DNA of 64,000 nt from Polyangiaceae bacterium (GTDB lineage: Bacteria > Myxococcota_A > Polyangia > Polyangiales > Polyangiaceae). Under the pieces are notes generated by a model. The model made no database searches and had not been told where the DNA came from. It saw nothing but the letters and a program-made list of their open reading frames with translations. Position 1 is the first letter of the stretch. Each line of letters starts with the position of its first letter. Position numbers and translations under genes: made by a program. This document shows positions 56,019-64,000 of the stretch, piece after piece. The stretch is taken from NCBI GenBank assembly GCA_033763455.1, contig JANRKO010000023.1:334689-398688 (forward strand), written 5' to 3'.

Positions 56019-57709
56019 TCGTCGAGAAGGGAGTCGAGCGGCTGCCCAGGTTCAGCGCGCACCAGCGTGGCGGAAAGCTCCAAAGATTCAGGCATTAAAC
56101 CTTGCACCTGAGAAACCACCTGCTCCACTACGTTTCGCGACTCATCAGCCGTTGGGCCCGTCATTGCGATCGCAAACTTCAAAGGGGCTATGCGCCCACC
56201 AGTGATGGGCACGATACTCAAAAGAAGCATTTCGGTGAGTTCTATCACCCGCTGGGCGGCGCGCCGGAGGGCCAACATCTCCGAAATAGTAGGCCGCTCG
56301 CTGACATGACGGTTCGGACCGCGCACGTGGTAACGGGCTACCGAGAGGGGAACGTTCGTCCACTCGGTGAAGCCGCGCTCTTCTTCAAGCGCTTGGAGAA
56401 AGTGGGTGCGGTGCAAAAGCCCGGTTAACCCGTCCCGACGGCTCAAATACGCCCGAGCCCGTGCGTGGGGCGGCGAGGACTTCGGAAAACTCACAAGCTT
56501 AATGCGACACTCACCTAACTGCACCTCACCCCCGTGCAACAGCGTAACGGTCTTTTTTCGTTCGAAGCTGTGGTCGGCGTACGTCCCGTTGGTGCTCCCA
56601 ACGTCTTCCACCACCCAAGACCCGGATTGCCAACGGATCACCGCGTGCGCACCTGAGACGGTGGCTTCCGGCAGAGAGAGATCTTGCCCGCTGCGGCGAC
56701 CAATGGTCATCAACGGCTTATCAAGAGGGTACAGCTCACCCGCTGCCATGGGCGCGTTGGTGGCGTACGTGATGAGGAGCGACTGAGCGCCGGGCAGAAA
56801 TGTCTCAGCGACTGAACGACCGAGTGGAGGCCCTGGCGCTAAGCGTTCACGCGTGATCTGCACCTGGCTCGTGGTGAGCGCGGTGGGGTTGAAAAAGCGA
56901 AGGTGACGCGCTCCAGGCCGAAGCGCAGGATCGTCGCTCAAGCAGCGGTAGATTTGCTTCACCTCATCCACACTGAGCCCCGAAGGCACGTCAAACATGA
57001 TCTGGGAACGCATGGGCTTGGAGCGTGGGCGAGCGCCGGGCTCCGGAACGCGGCATGTCCACATTTCCCAGAGGGTGAGCCCAAGCGCGTACATGTCGTC
57101 CTCAGGGCTAGCTCCACCGGAACGAAGCCGCTCCGGGGACATGTAGTTGGGCGTCCCACCGTCCGGCGGCGCACCGGGGCGGCGTTTGCTCACGCGTGCG
57201 CGCTCCTGCGCGAAACCAAAATCCAAAATAATGGCCCTATCTTCGGTGACCATCACGTTTCCTGGCTTGAGGTCCCCGTGTACCAACCCTTGGGCGTGAA
57301 TCGCCGCCAACCCCGCGCTGGCCTCGCTCGCGGTTTTGCGGAACTCGTCCGACGTATATCCGCCCTGGGCTTTGCGCTTTCGAATGTGCGTGTGCAACGT
57401 CTGCCCGGCTATGTGCTCCATCACCAGGATGGGCCCCCATGGACTGGGTGCTAAGTCGTGCACTCGGCAAACATTCGGATGGCTGATGGAGCGAGCTAAG
57501 AGCAACTCTTGACGCAGTGCTTCGTCGTCCCCCGGCATACGAGATTCCTCTCGCACTACCTTGAGCGCCACCGCCTGCTGGGTAGAGCGATCGTAGGCGA
57601 GGAACACTTCGCCCATGCCGCCCTTGCCGAGACTGTGACGGATCTCGTAGCGATCATTGACGATTGTGCCCTCTGTGAGCGGGCTCGCACTGCGAGTCGG
57701 TTGCGCCAT
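56015..57709 (-). CDS. Ser/Thr kinase-FHA-degenerate GGDEF protein
   Basis: GKGGMGEV, ALK, HGDLKPGN, DFG, GTPNYMSPE. FHA: IGR..VSGAHA..DVGSTNGT. Then RDGLTGLLHR..F. Confidence 0.85.
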   Translation of the reverse strand: MAQPTRSASPLTEGTIVNDRYEIRHSLGKGGMGEVFLAYDRSTQQAVALKVVREESRMPGDDEALRQELLLARSISHPNVCRVHDLAPSPWGPILVMEHIAGQTLHTHIRKRKAQGGYTSDEFRKTASEASAGLAAIHAQGLVHGDLKPGNVMVTEDRAIILDFGFAQERARVSKRRPGAPPDGGTPNYMSPERLRSGGASPEDDMYALGLTLWEMWTCRVPEPGARPRSKPMRSQIMFDVPSGLSVDEVKQIYRCLSDDPALRPGARHLRFFNPTALTTSQVQITRERLAPGPPLGRSVAETFLPGAQSLLITYATNAPMAAGELYPLDKPLMTIGRRSGQDLSLPEATVSGAHAVIRWQSGSWVVEDVGSTNGTYADHSFERKKTVTLLHGGEVQLGECRIKLVSFPKSSPPHARARAYLSRRDGLTGLLHRTHFLQALEEERGFTEWTNVPLSVARYHVRGPNRHVSERPTISEMLALRRAAQRVIELTEMLLLSIVPITGGRIAPLKFAIAMTGPTADESRNVVEQVVSQVQGLMPESLELSATLVRAEPGQPLDSLLDE

Positions 57710-58049
57710 CCTTGGACTTCCAGACCTGTGAGCTAGCGTCCCCGATTTGCGTGGGTACTGCAACGAGGGATATTTTTACTGAAGTAAAGATTGTCGACCT
57801 TTGGCGCGGCGCGCGCACGCCAGCGGCGGCTCATCGCTGAAATTGGCCCAAAAACTGCGCGGGGCTCGAGTGGGCCAGCGACCAGAGCGGGGCGAAGGAG
57901 TCGGACCTCGGGCGTTATTTGCCACAAGGTCGGCGCGCGGACTGCTCGGGGTAGGGCAACCTCCCGAGGCCCCAGTGTGGGCGCACATAGGTCGACTGAC
58001 ATTCTCCCCGTCGAAGTGCGTCACTCACGCATGGTGCTAACATTTCAGT

Positions 58050-58289
58050 ATGACGCGCTTCCAAACCTCGCTCTGGGTCATGGCAGCCGCAACCGGCCTC
58101 GCAGCTGCTTGTTCACAACGGGTGGCCCCTGAAATCCAGGCTCCCCAGCCTGCCGCCCGAGAGTCACGCTCTCAGGTGGAACCAAAAACGAAGAAGTACG
58201 ATCCCCAACAGGATCTTGTCGCGCCGCCTCCTGCCTACGGCAACAAGGTAGTGATGGCCAAAGGCACACCGGGGACTTCTCGGCTCTGA
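58050..58289 (+). CDS. Small lipoprotein
   Basis: LAAAC lipobox, PPPAYGNKVV motif. Confidence 0.55.
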   Translation: MTRFQTSLWVMAAATGLAAACSQRVAPEIQAPQPAARESRSQVEPKTKKYDPQQDLVAPPPAYGNKVVMAKGTPGTSRL

Positions 58290-58331
58290 TTCGGTAGCGA
58301 AACTCCACTACGCTCGGTGTTACAGCACTCG

Positions 58332-59348
58332 CTACTTGACTGTAATCGTGAGCCGCGCCCACGCGGTCCCGCCGCGGTTGTCGTGCACCACAGCCCAAAG
58401 CCGCAGCGGGCCAGGAACTCTGGGGGCTAGGAGCTCCGTCGGGTTGGAGTCGTTGAAGCCCGTAGTGGCGTCATTAACGAGCTTAACAGCGGAAGTTAGG
58501 CTGCCCCTGTCGGCGTAGTAGTTCGCCCAAATCTGCTCGGTCAAGCTGCGCCCCCGGAGAGCCGCCAAGCCGTCGGCTTCAACGCTCGATGGGGCCACCA
58601 CAGCGCGAAATGGGATCTCGGTGCATTTCGGATCCCCGTCCTTTTCGCACGCAGCGACGCACAGCTCGGGAGAGGCATCGCAGTCAGGAGCCTGCGTGTC
58701 GAGGCCGAGGCAAGCCGCATCGATACAATCTGGAGTGACCGCGCGCCCGTTGAGTTCGAAGCCCGTAACGGTTGGGTTTTCGTTCCGCAGCTCTTCGTAG
58801 GCAAAAATCTGAGAAAACCCGGCCACAAAATCGTCCGCACCAAGGAGGCTGCCATCCGGGCCTCTGCACTCCAGAGGAAAACCACCCCGCCCGGTTGGTG
58901 AGAACCCCAGCGTACCCGCACAGGCTGCAAAGAATACAAATGAAGTTCCAAACGCGGGCTGGCTCGGATCCGGCGAGCGCGCGTGACTTGCCACGATGTC
59001 CTCAGGCAACTTGAACGTAAATGTGTCGTCTTGGCCAATAGCTACGCCGGGAGGCAGAGCGGCGCCGGTCGGATCCGCTGCCAGGCTTCCAAAACTTGCG
59101 AGACAGCCCGCATAAAGGTCCGCTGGAGGATTGACGCAACCGGCTAGCCAAAGCCGTTGGATGGGCCGCCCAACATTTTTTGAACCATCGGCCCACAACA
59201 TGCGGAGCGTTACTTCCTCGCCAGGTCGCGCGTAGGGCCGGTCTTTCTGTACGCCAAATACTCTCAGGGAAGACACCTCAGAGCTTGGGGCAATGTCGAT
59301 GCCACAGCCGACCAAACCCAAGGCTAAAAGGAAAGCCATGTGTTTCAA
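58332..59348 (-). CDS. Lipoprotein partner of the TonB-dependent receptor
   Basis: LVGC lipobox, LRV.GV..D.PYA.PG..V, CxNP, N.NP, WAVVHD.RGG..W. Overlaps the receptor stop. Confidence 0.7.
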   Translation of the reverse strand: MKHMAFLLALGLVGCGIDIAPSSEVSSLRVFGVQKDRPYARPGEEVTLRMLWADGSKNVGRPIQRLWLAGCVNPPADLYAGCLASFGSLAADPTGAALPPGVAIGQDDTFTFKLPEDIVASHARSPDPSQPAFGTSFVFFAACAGTLGFSPTGRGGFPLECRGPDGSLLGADDFVAGFSQIFAYEELRNENPTVTGFELNGRAVTPDCIDAACLGLDTQAPDCDASPELCVAACEKDGDPKCTEIPFRAVVAPSSVEADGLAALRGRSLTEQIWANYYADRGSLTSAVKLVNDATTGFNDSNPTELLAPRVPGPLRLWAVVHDNRGGTAWARLTITVK

Positions 59349-62065
59349 AACTCACCTCGCACGCCAATGTTGGGGATCAACGGAAGCCCCGTTTGATACG
59401 ACTCCTGGCTGAAATTGTAATTGTACACCAGCGCTTCGACTGCCTGGTTATTGTAGGCGTTCTGGACATCTAGGTACGTTGAAAACGCCCACCAGTCGAA
59501 CTTCCACATCTTATCAAGGCGGAGATCGAGCTGGTGAAAGAGCGGCAACCGCCGGCTGTAGAGATCCGCCTGAAGCGGAGCGTACGCTGCGGCATCAGCG
59601 GAATAGAGGGCCGGCAAACCCTGCTGAACCACGGGCGTCGCGAGGTTACCTGAGATCACCCTGAACCTCGCACCAAACTCCCACCCGCGACCCAGCTGGT
59701 AGTTACCCAGAACAGTGAGGTTGTGGGTTTGATCGAATTCAAAGAGGCGCTCGGGCTTTTCGGGGCGATCGCGTAACACGCTGCGTGAGAGCGTATAGGC
59801 AACCCAACCGAAAAACCGGGCGTCCGCGCGATACTTGAGCAAGGTTTCGAGGCCCATCGCGTAGCCCGCGCCCTCGTTGTCGTAGCGGAAGGTACCGTTC
59901 GTATCTGGAGCGCGTGAAACCAGATTGCGCTTATCCTTGTAGAAGCCTTCCACGCTTAGATCGAGCTGGTCTAAAAGCTCGCGTTCTACGCCCAAGGCAT
60001 AGTGGATAGAGCGGTTGGATTCGAGCCCAGGAGTGCCAAAAACAGGATCTGTTTCCTGGAACTGCGGAGGCTGATGAAAGATCCCTACGCCCCCTTTGAG
60101 GAAGGTTTGGCGAGAAGGGCTACCATCCGACGCTGTCTTACCCGTGAGCTCATAACGTGCATTGAGGCGTGGGCTAACGTCTGACTGACCGGAATCGCGC
60201 GCGTAGTCGAAGCGCATGGAGGGCACTAAGCGCAGCTTCTCTGTCGCTTGCCACTCAAACTCCGTGTACCAGCCTGGGCGGAAGCCCGTGCTTTTCTGGT
60301 ATGTCTCTAATGATGGGCGGCTCGCAAAGGGCCCAGGGTCGGGCTCGCCGGGATTTGGCGGCGGCGGTGCACGCACTGTCACCTCGAAGGGCAGTAGAGC
60401 AAAATCCATCCCTACGTTGAGGGTCATTCCGCGGTTGAGCTGAAAGCCGAACTCGTTGCGTAAAGTCACGGGGTGCACCTTCAAGTCAAACAGGAAGGAG
60501 CCGAGCGAAAACCCGATTGTCTGCTGGCCTACCGCGAACATGGACTCAAGGCGCACGTTCCGGGTGAGCTGATCTTCGTAGATGCTCTGGATCTGGTAGA
60601 ATCCGGTCGATAGGGTGAGGCTTCCGCCAAACCCGGGATCCTGAGCGGAAGGGTCGTTGATGATAAGCTTGAGCTCATCGTCTGCGCCGTAAGCTTGGAG
60701 CCGCCAAGAAGTATCAGCATCTGCCTGATTGTGCAGGATCAGTTGGTAGTCGTGATAAACCGGCGCACTGGTAACGCTAGCGCCAGCCTCTTCGAGCACA
60801 GGCTTCAGCCACACATCCACCCAGCTCCGCCGGCCGCCCGCCGCAAAGCTCCACGTTTTCGAGGCGCCTACCGGGCCCTGCAAGATGAAGCGATTATCGA
60901 TCAAATCGCTCTGGATGAGGCCGTGGTAGCAATGCTCACCCGCGGCGACACTCCTCTGCTCTTTGCACTTGGTGTTGGGACGCGCGATTTCCACGTCCAC
61001 AATGCCGCCCTGGGCTAGCCCGTAACGCGCGCTGAAGTTGCCGGGGTAAAAATCGATCTTCTCCAGAAGTTCGGTCGGGATAACGCTAGAAAGCCCACCA
61101 AAATGGTAAATCAGCGGTACTTCAGTACCGTTGATGAAGGTGAGCGTGTCCTGAGGCGCCGAACCACGCACAATCAAAAGCCCAGCCAGCCCCGGCGGGC
61201 GAGCCACGCCGGGCAGACTCTGAATGGATCGCAGAGCATCCCCGTTGGTGCCCGGAATACGAGCAATCTCGCGGCGAGCCAACGTACGGCGGGTCACCTC
61301 ACGCGGTGGGCGTTCACCTACAACCGTAACTTCTAACCCTTCGCCTTGCGCTGCGACGCGGTAGGTGGCTTCTGTTGCCTCCCCCGCGACCACACTCTCA
61401 TCACTGCTGAAAGGCTGAAACCCAGGCGCTTCAATCGCGACTTTGTACGCTCCCGGCGCCAAGCCCGTGAGCTCCCACTTACCCGACGCATCCGTAAGCG
61501 CCTCCAACTCCGCCGCTCCGGGGCCAATAACTTTAACCTTGACGCCCGCAAGCGGCACCTCCGAATCAGCAATAAGGATCTTGCCACCTAGGTTGCCCAC
61601 CGTAGGCGCAGCCACCTCCGCCGCCGGCACCTCTTGCTCCTGAAGCGTGAAAGCGTACTTGTAAAGGATCTGCACCGGCACCGGCACGCCATTGCGCTCA
61701 GCAGGCGAGAAATGAAACTTGAGCGCGGCAGCTTGCGCGGCCTCGTCGAAACCATGACCCGCAGGCGTTGCAACCTCTGCGGCACTCACCTTGCCATCGA
61801 CACCGATGGTGAGCTTGAGAACGACCTCGCCGGTAAGCCCTTGGGCCAGCGCTTCGGGTGGGTACGGTGCCTGCTCAAAATGCTGGATCACGGGCATTTT
61901 CACGGCTGGCTTCGCCACGCTAGCGCCCGGCTCAGAGGAGCTTTCCGCAGCGGGCGCTGTGGCGTCAGCACTTGGGGCTTGAGCCAAAGCCCACGAGGGC
62001 CAGACGAGCGAACCAAGAGCCCCTAAACCGGAGATGAGTGTCTTCACTTTCACCGCACGGGACAC
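59345..62065 (-). CDS. TonB-dependent receptor with N-terminal TonB_C-like and carboxypeptidase-regulatory-like domains
   Basis: YPPEA...G..G.V.L...IG.DG.V...GHGFDEAA..A..F.F.PA, TD..G...L.PG.Y, plug IPG..GD.L..IQ.LPGV, VSPRL, C-terminal GVRGEF. Confidence 0.9.
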   Translation of the reverse strand: MSRAVKVKTLISGLGALGSLVWPSWALAQAPSADATAPAAESSSEPGASVAKPAVKMPVIQHFEQAPYPPEALAQGLTGEVVLKLTIGVDGKVSAAEVATPAGHGFDEAAQAAALKFHFSPAERNGVPVPVQILYKYAFTLQEQEVPAAEVAAPTVGNLGGKILIADSEVPLAGVKVKVIGPGAAELEALTDASGKWELTGLAPGAYKVAIEAPGFQPFSSDESVVAGEATEATYRVAAQGEGLEVTVVGERPPREVTRRTLARREIARIPGTNGDALRSIQSLPGVARPPGLAGLLIVRGSAPQDTLTFINGTEVPLIYHFGGLSSVIPTELLEKIDFYPGNFSARYGLAQGGIVDVEIARPNTKCKEQRSVAAGEHCYHGLIQSDLIDNRFILQGPVGASKTWSFAAGGRRSWVDVWLKPVLEEAGASVTSAPVYHDYQLILHNQADADTSWRLQAYGADDELKLIINDPSAQDPGFGGSLTLSTGFYQIQSIYEDQLTRNVRLESMFAVGQQTIGFSLGSFLFDLKVHPVTLRNEFGFQLNRGMTLNVGMDFALLPFEVTVRAPPPPNPGEPDPGPFASRPSLETYQKSTGFRPGWYTEFEWQATEKLRLVPSMRFDYARDSGQSDVSPRLNARYELTGKTASDGSPSRQTFLKGGVGIFHQPPQFQETDPVFGTPGLESNRSIHYALGVERELLDQLDLSVEGFYKDKRNLVSRAPDTNGTFRYDNEGAGYAMGLETLLKYRADARFFGWVAYTLSRSVLRDRPEKPERLFEFDQTHNLTVLGNYQLGRGWEFGARFRVISGNLATPVVQQGLPALYSADAAAYAPLQADLYSRRLPLFHQLDLRLDKMWKFDWWAFSTYLDVQNAYNNQAVEALVYNYNFSQESYQTGLPLIPNIGVRGEF

Positions 62066-62133
62066 CTAACGCGAACCCCCTCTCGCATCAAGGCTTGCCC
62101 CCGATTCGGAGGGGCGCTACGGCCCAAAACACC

Positions 62134-62910
62134 TTGAAGATTGCAACGTGGAACGTGAACAGCATTCGAGCTCGCTTCGATCTGTTGCTCGATTGGCTCA
62201 AAACTTCGACACCCGACGTCGTCTGCCTCCAGGAAACCAAGGTAACGGACGAAGATTTTCCGACGCTGGAGCTCCAAATGCTCGGCTACAGCGTGGCAAT
62301 GTCCGGCCAGCGCACCTACAACGGGGTGGCCATAGCGTCGCGGCTTCCGATGAAAGACATACAGGTCGGTTTAGTGGACGACCCACTGCCAGCTGAGAAG
62401 CGCCTCATCGCCGCCACCATTTCAGGGGTGCGCGTGATGAGCGCGTACATCCCCAATGGCAAATCGGTGGAGTCTCCGTCCTTTGGGGACAAGCTGCGTT
62501 GGCTTGCAGCGCTCCGGCGGACGTTGGACGAACGGGTTCCCCCGGGCATGCCCCTCGTACTTGGGGGTGATTTTAATATCGCTCGCGACGAACGCGACGT
62601 ATTTGACGCCGAGCGCATGCGCGGCCACGTGCATTTCCATGAAAAAGAGCGCGCGGCACTGGAGCACATTTTGGATTTTGGCCTGTTCGACGCTTTTCGT
62701 CTGCACCACAGCGAGGGCAAGCTGTTTAGCTGGTGGGATTATCGGGGACCATCCTTGCGCATGAACCAGGGTTTGCGCATCGATTACATGTTCCTAAGCC
62801 ACGCGCTGAAAGAGCGCTGTGCCTCGGCGGAAATGGACCGTGAGCTGCGGCTCAAAGAAAAACCCTCCGATCACATTCCTGTGATTGTGGAGTTAACTGG
62901 GGTTTTGTAG
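62134..62910 (+). CDS. xth: Exodeoxyribonuclease III
   Basis: IATWNVNSIRAR, CLQETK, YNGVAI, YIPNG, GDFNIA, FSWWDYR, LRIDY, PSDH.PV. Confidence 0.95.
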   Translation: MKIATWNVNSIRARFDLLLDWLKTSTPDVVCLQETKVTDEDFPTLELQMLGYSVAMSGQRTYNGVAIASRLPMKDIQVGLVDDPLPAEKRLIAATISGVRVMSAYIPNGKSVESPSFGDKLRWLAALRRTLDERVPPGMPLVLGGDFNIARDERDVFDAERMRGHVHFHEKERAALEHILDFGLFDAFRLHHSEGKLFSWWDYRGPSLRMNQGLRIDYMFLSHALKERCASAEMDRELRLKEKPSDHIPVIVELTGVL

Positions 62911-63046
62911 GTGCATCGGAGGTTTGGCTCCTGGTACTCTCCCCTCGCATGCCATGAGTTGGGCTGACCCAAGGGTTGCGCCCCGTTTGTCGAGTTGCTA
63001 ACGGCTGGTCAATCCAGTGACGCAGGGAGTAGGGAGACTTAATACC

Positions 63047-63916
63047 ATGACGAAACAAACATTAGGGCTGATGTTCGCTATGCTCTTGGGCCTTCCAGGC
63101 TGCGGCGCCCAAGGCGCGGATTCGAGCTCTTCTGAAGGCGACCAGGTGCCGCTCGATGAGCGGCTAAAGTCTCTTACTGCCGACCTTCAGATCGGCTCGC
63201 GTGGCGATGATGTCAAGGCCGTTCACGACTTTCTGAAAGCCACCGGTTACCTTCCCAGCGACCAACTCGCGGAGACTTACCCCTCCTGGCGCCCCATTGT
63301 GTCCCGTGGCCCCGCCGACGACCTTTCCTTCGACTCGGCAACTCGCGAGGCGGTCCTTCAGTTTCAGCGGCGCTCTGGTATTGCCGTAACGGGTATTGTC
63401 GACGCCCCCACCCGTGCCGCAATGACTGATCCGCGTTGCGGTACACCTGAAGGGCTCGCCACGCTCGACCCGGACGATAAGTTCAGCTACGCCTTCGCCT
63501 TGGACCGCCCGTCCGTCATCACATGGCAGGCCGGTAATTGGGAGTGCGATTCGACCTCCTGTGTCTGGACGGAAGACTATAGCCCCATGGGACTTGCCGC
63601 ACAGGCCGCAGTTGACGCTTGGGAAGCTGAAACATCTGTTGATTTTCAGCGACGACCCCTCGTGAAGAATGGGTCAAGCCAGGCCTACCCGAATATCCTA
63701 ATAACTTGGAAGAGTTTGCCGGCCGGCGTCTTGGGTAGGTTCGTTTCCAACGCCGCCGATGTCGCGTTAATTGGCGGGGAGATTGACATCAATCTCAACG
63801 AAAAATTCTCCTTCTCGCGCCCGCTGGCGCCCAACACCTGGGACTACCAGCAAAACATTGTAAGCGATTCACGAAACCCACATTGGAGGCCGCCGGGTGA
63901 TCTAGTAGCGCCCTAG
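63047..63916 (+). pseudogene. Matrixin (MMP-like) lipoprotein with peptidoglycan-binding-type prodomain, truncated by IS insertion
   Basis: LPGC lipobox, GYL, AV..FQ...G..VTG.VD..T..AM..PRCG (cysteine switch), A...W, I.I.W. Homology ends at NTWDYQQN, with no HExxHxxGxxH. Confidence 0.7.
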
Positions 63917-64000
63917 CGCCCAGCGTATGAAAGCAGCTGAGGGGCTGGGATCGTGAAGGAGCAAAGTGGGGCGTTGAGCTCGTGTGAGTTGAGCTGTGCG
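63860..64000 (-). mobile_element. End of an IS66-family insertion sequence (probably the right end), running off the window
   Basis: GTAAGCGATTCACGAAACCCAC begins at 63860 and resembles IS66 terminal inverted repeats (GTAAGCG...). A minus-strand frame entering from the window edge ends at 63913 (..AQLNSHELNAPLCSFTIPAP..*), consistent with a transposase C-terminus. Confidence 0.7.

Overview
Gene-dense chromosomal segment, about 60% GC by eye. It is most likely from a myxobacterium (Myxococcota, Polyangiales-like), judged from the Cys-rich lipoproteins, Ser/Thr kinase-TPR/PEGA module, ECF-FecR module, DUF1552 protein and AgmX/PglI-type protein. The left end (1.4-5.1 kb) is a compact toxin-antitoxin/defence-like island with three modules. 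The first is a HipA-like kinase plus an extended DUF3037 protein. The second is a Xis/MerR-like HTH plus PIN pair, preceded by four tandem 9-bp direct repeats. The third is a vapBC pair whose vapC carries a single-base frameshift. Next is a sugar locus: galT, an inositol monophosphatase-family gene and a kinase resembling plant L-arabinokinase, plus Gfo/Idh/MocA, ThuA and AraC genes. It is followed by an orphan DUF1552 gene and an in-frame fusion of a DTW (acp3U-forming) domain to a TruC-like pseudouridine synthase. Housekeeping and metabolic genes include hflX, xfp-ackA, tyrS (HIGH motif reads TVGN), a cysC-like gene and xth, interspersed with signalling and outer-membrane modules. At the right end, a matrix-metalloprotease-like lipoprotein gene is cut just before its zinc motif by what looks like the right end of an IS66 element. 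No tRNA, rRNA or CRISPR array was seen. All family calls come from motif recognition by eye, not from database searches.
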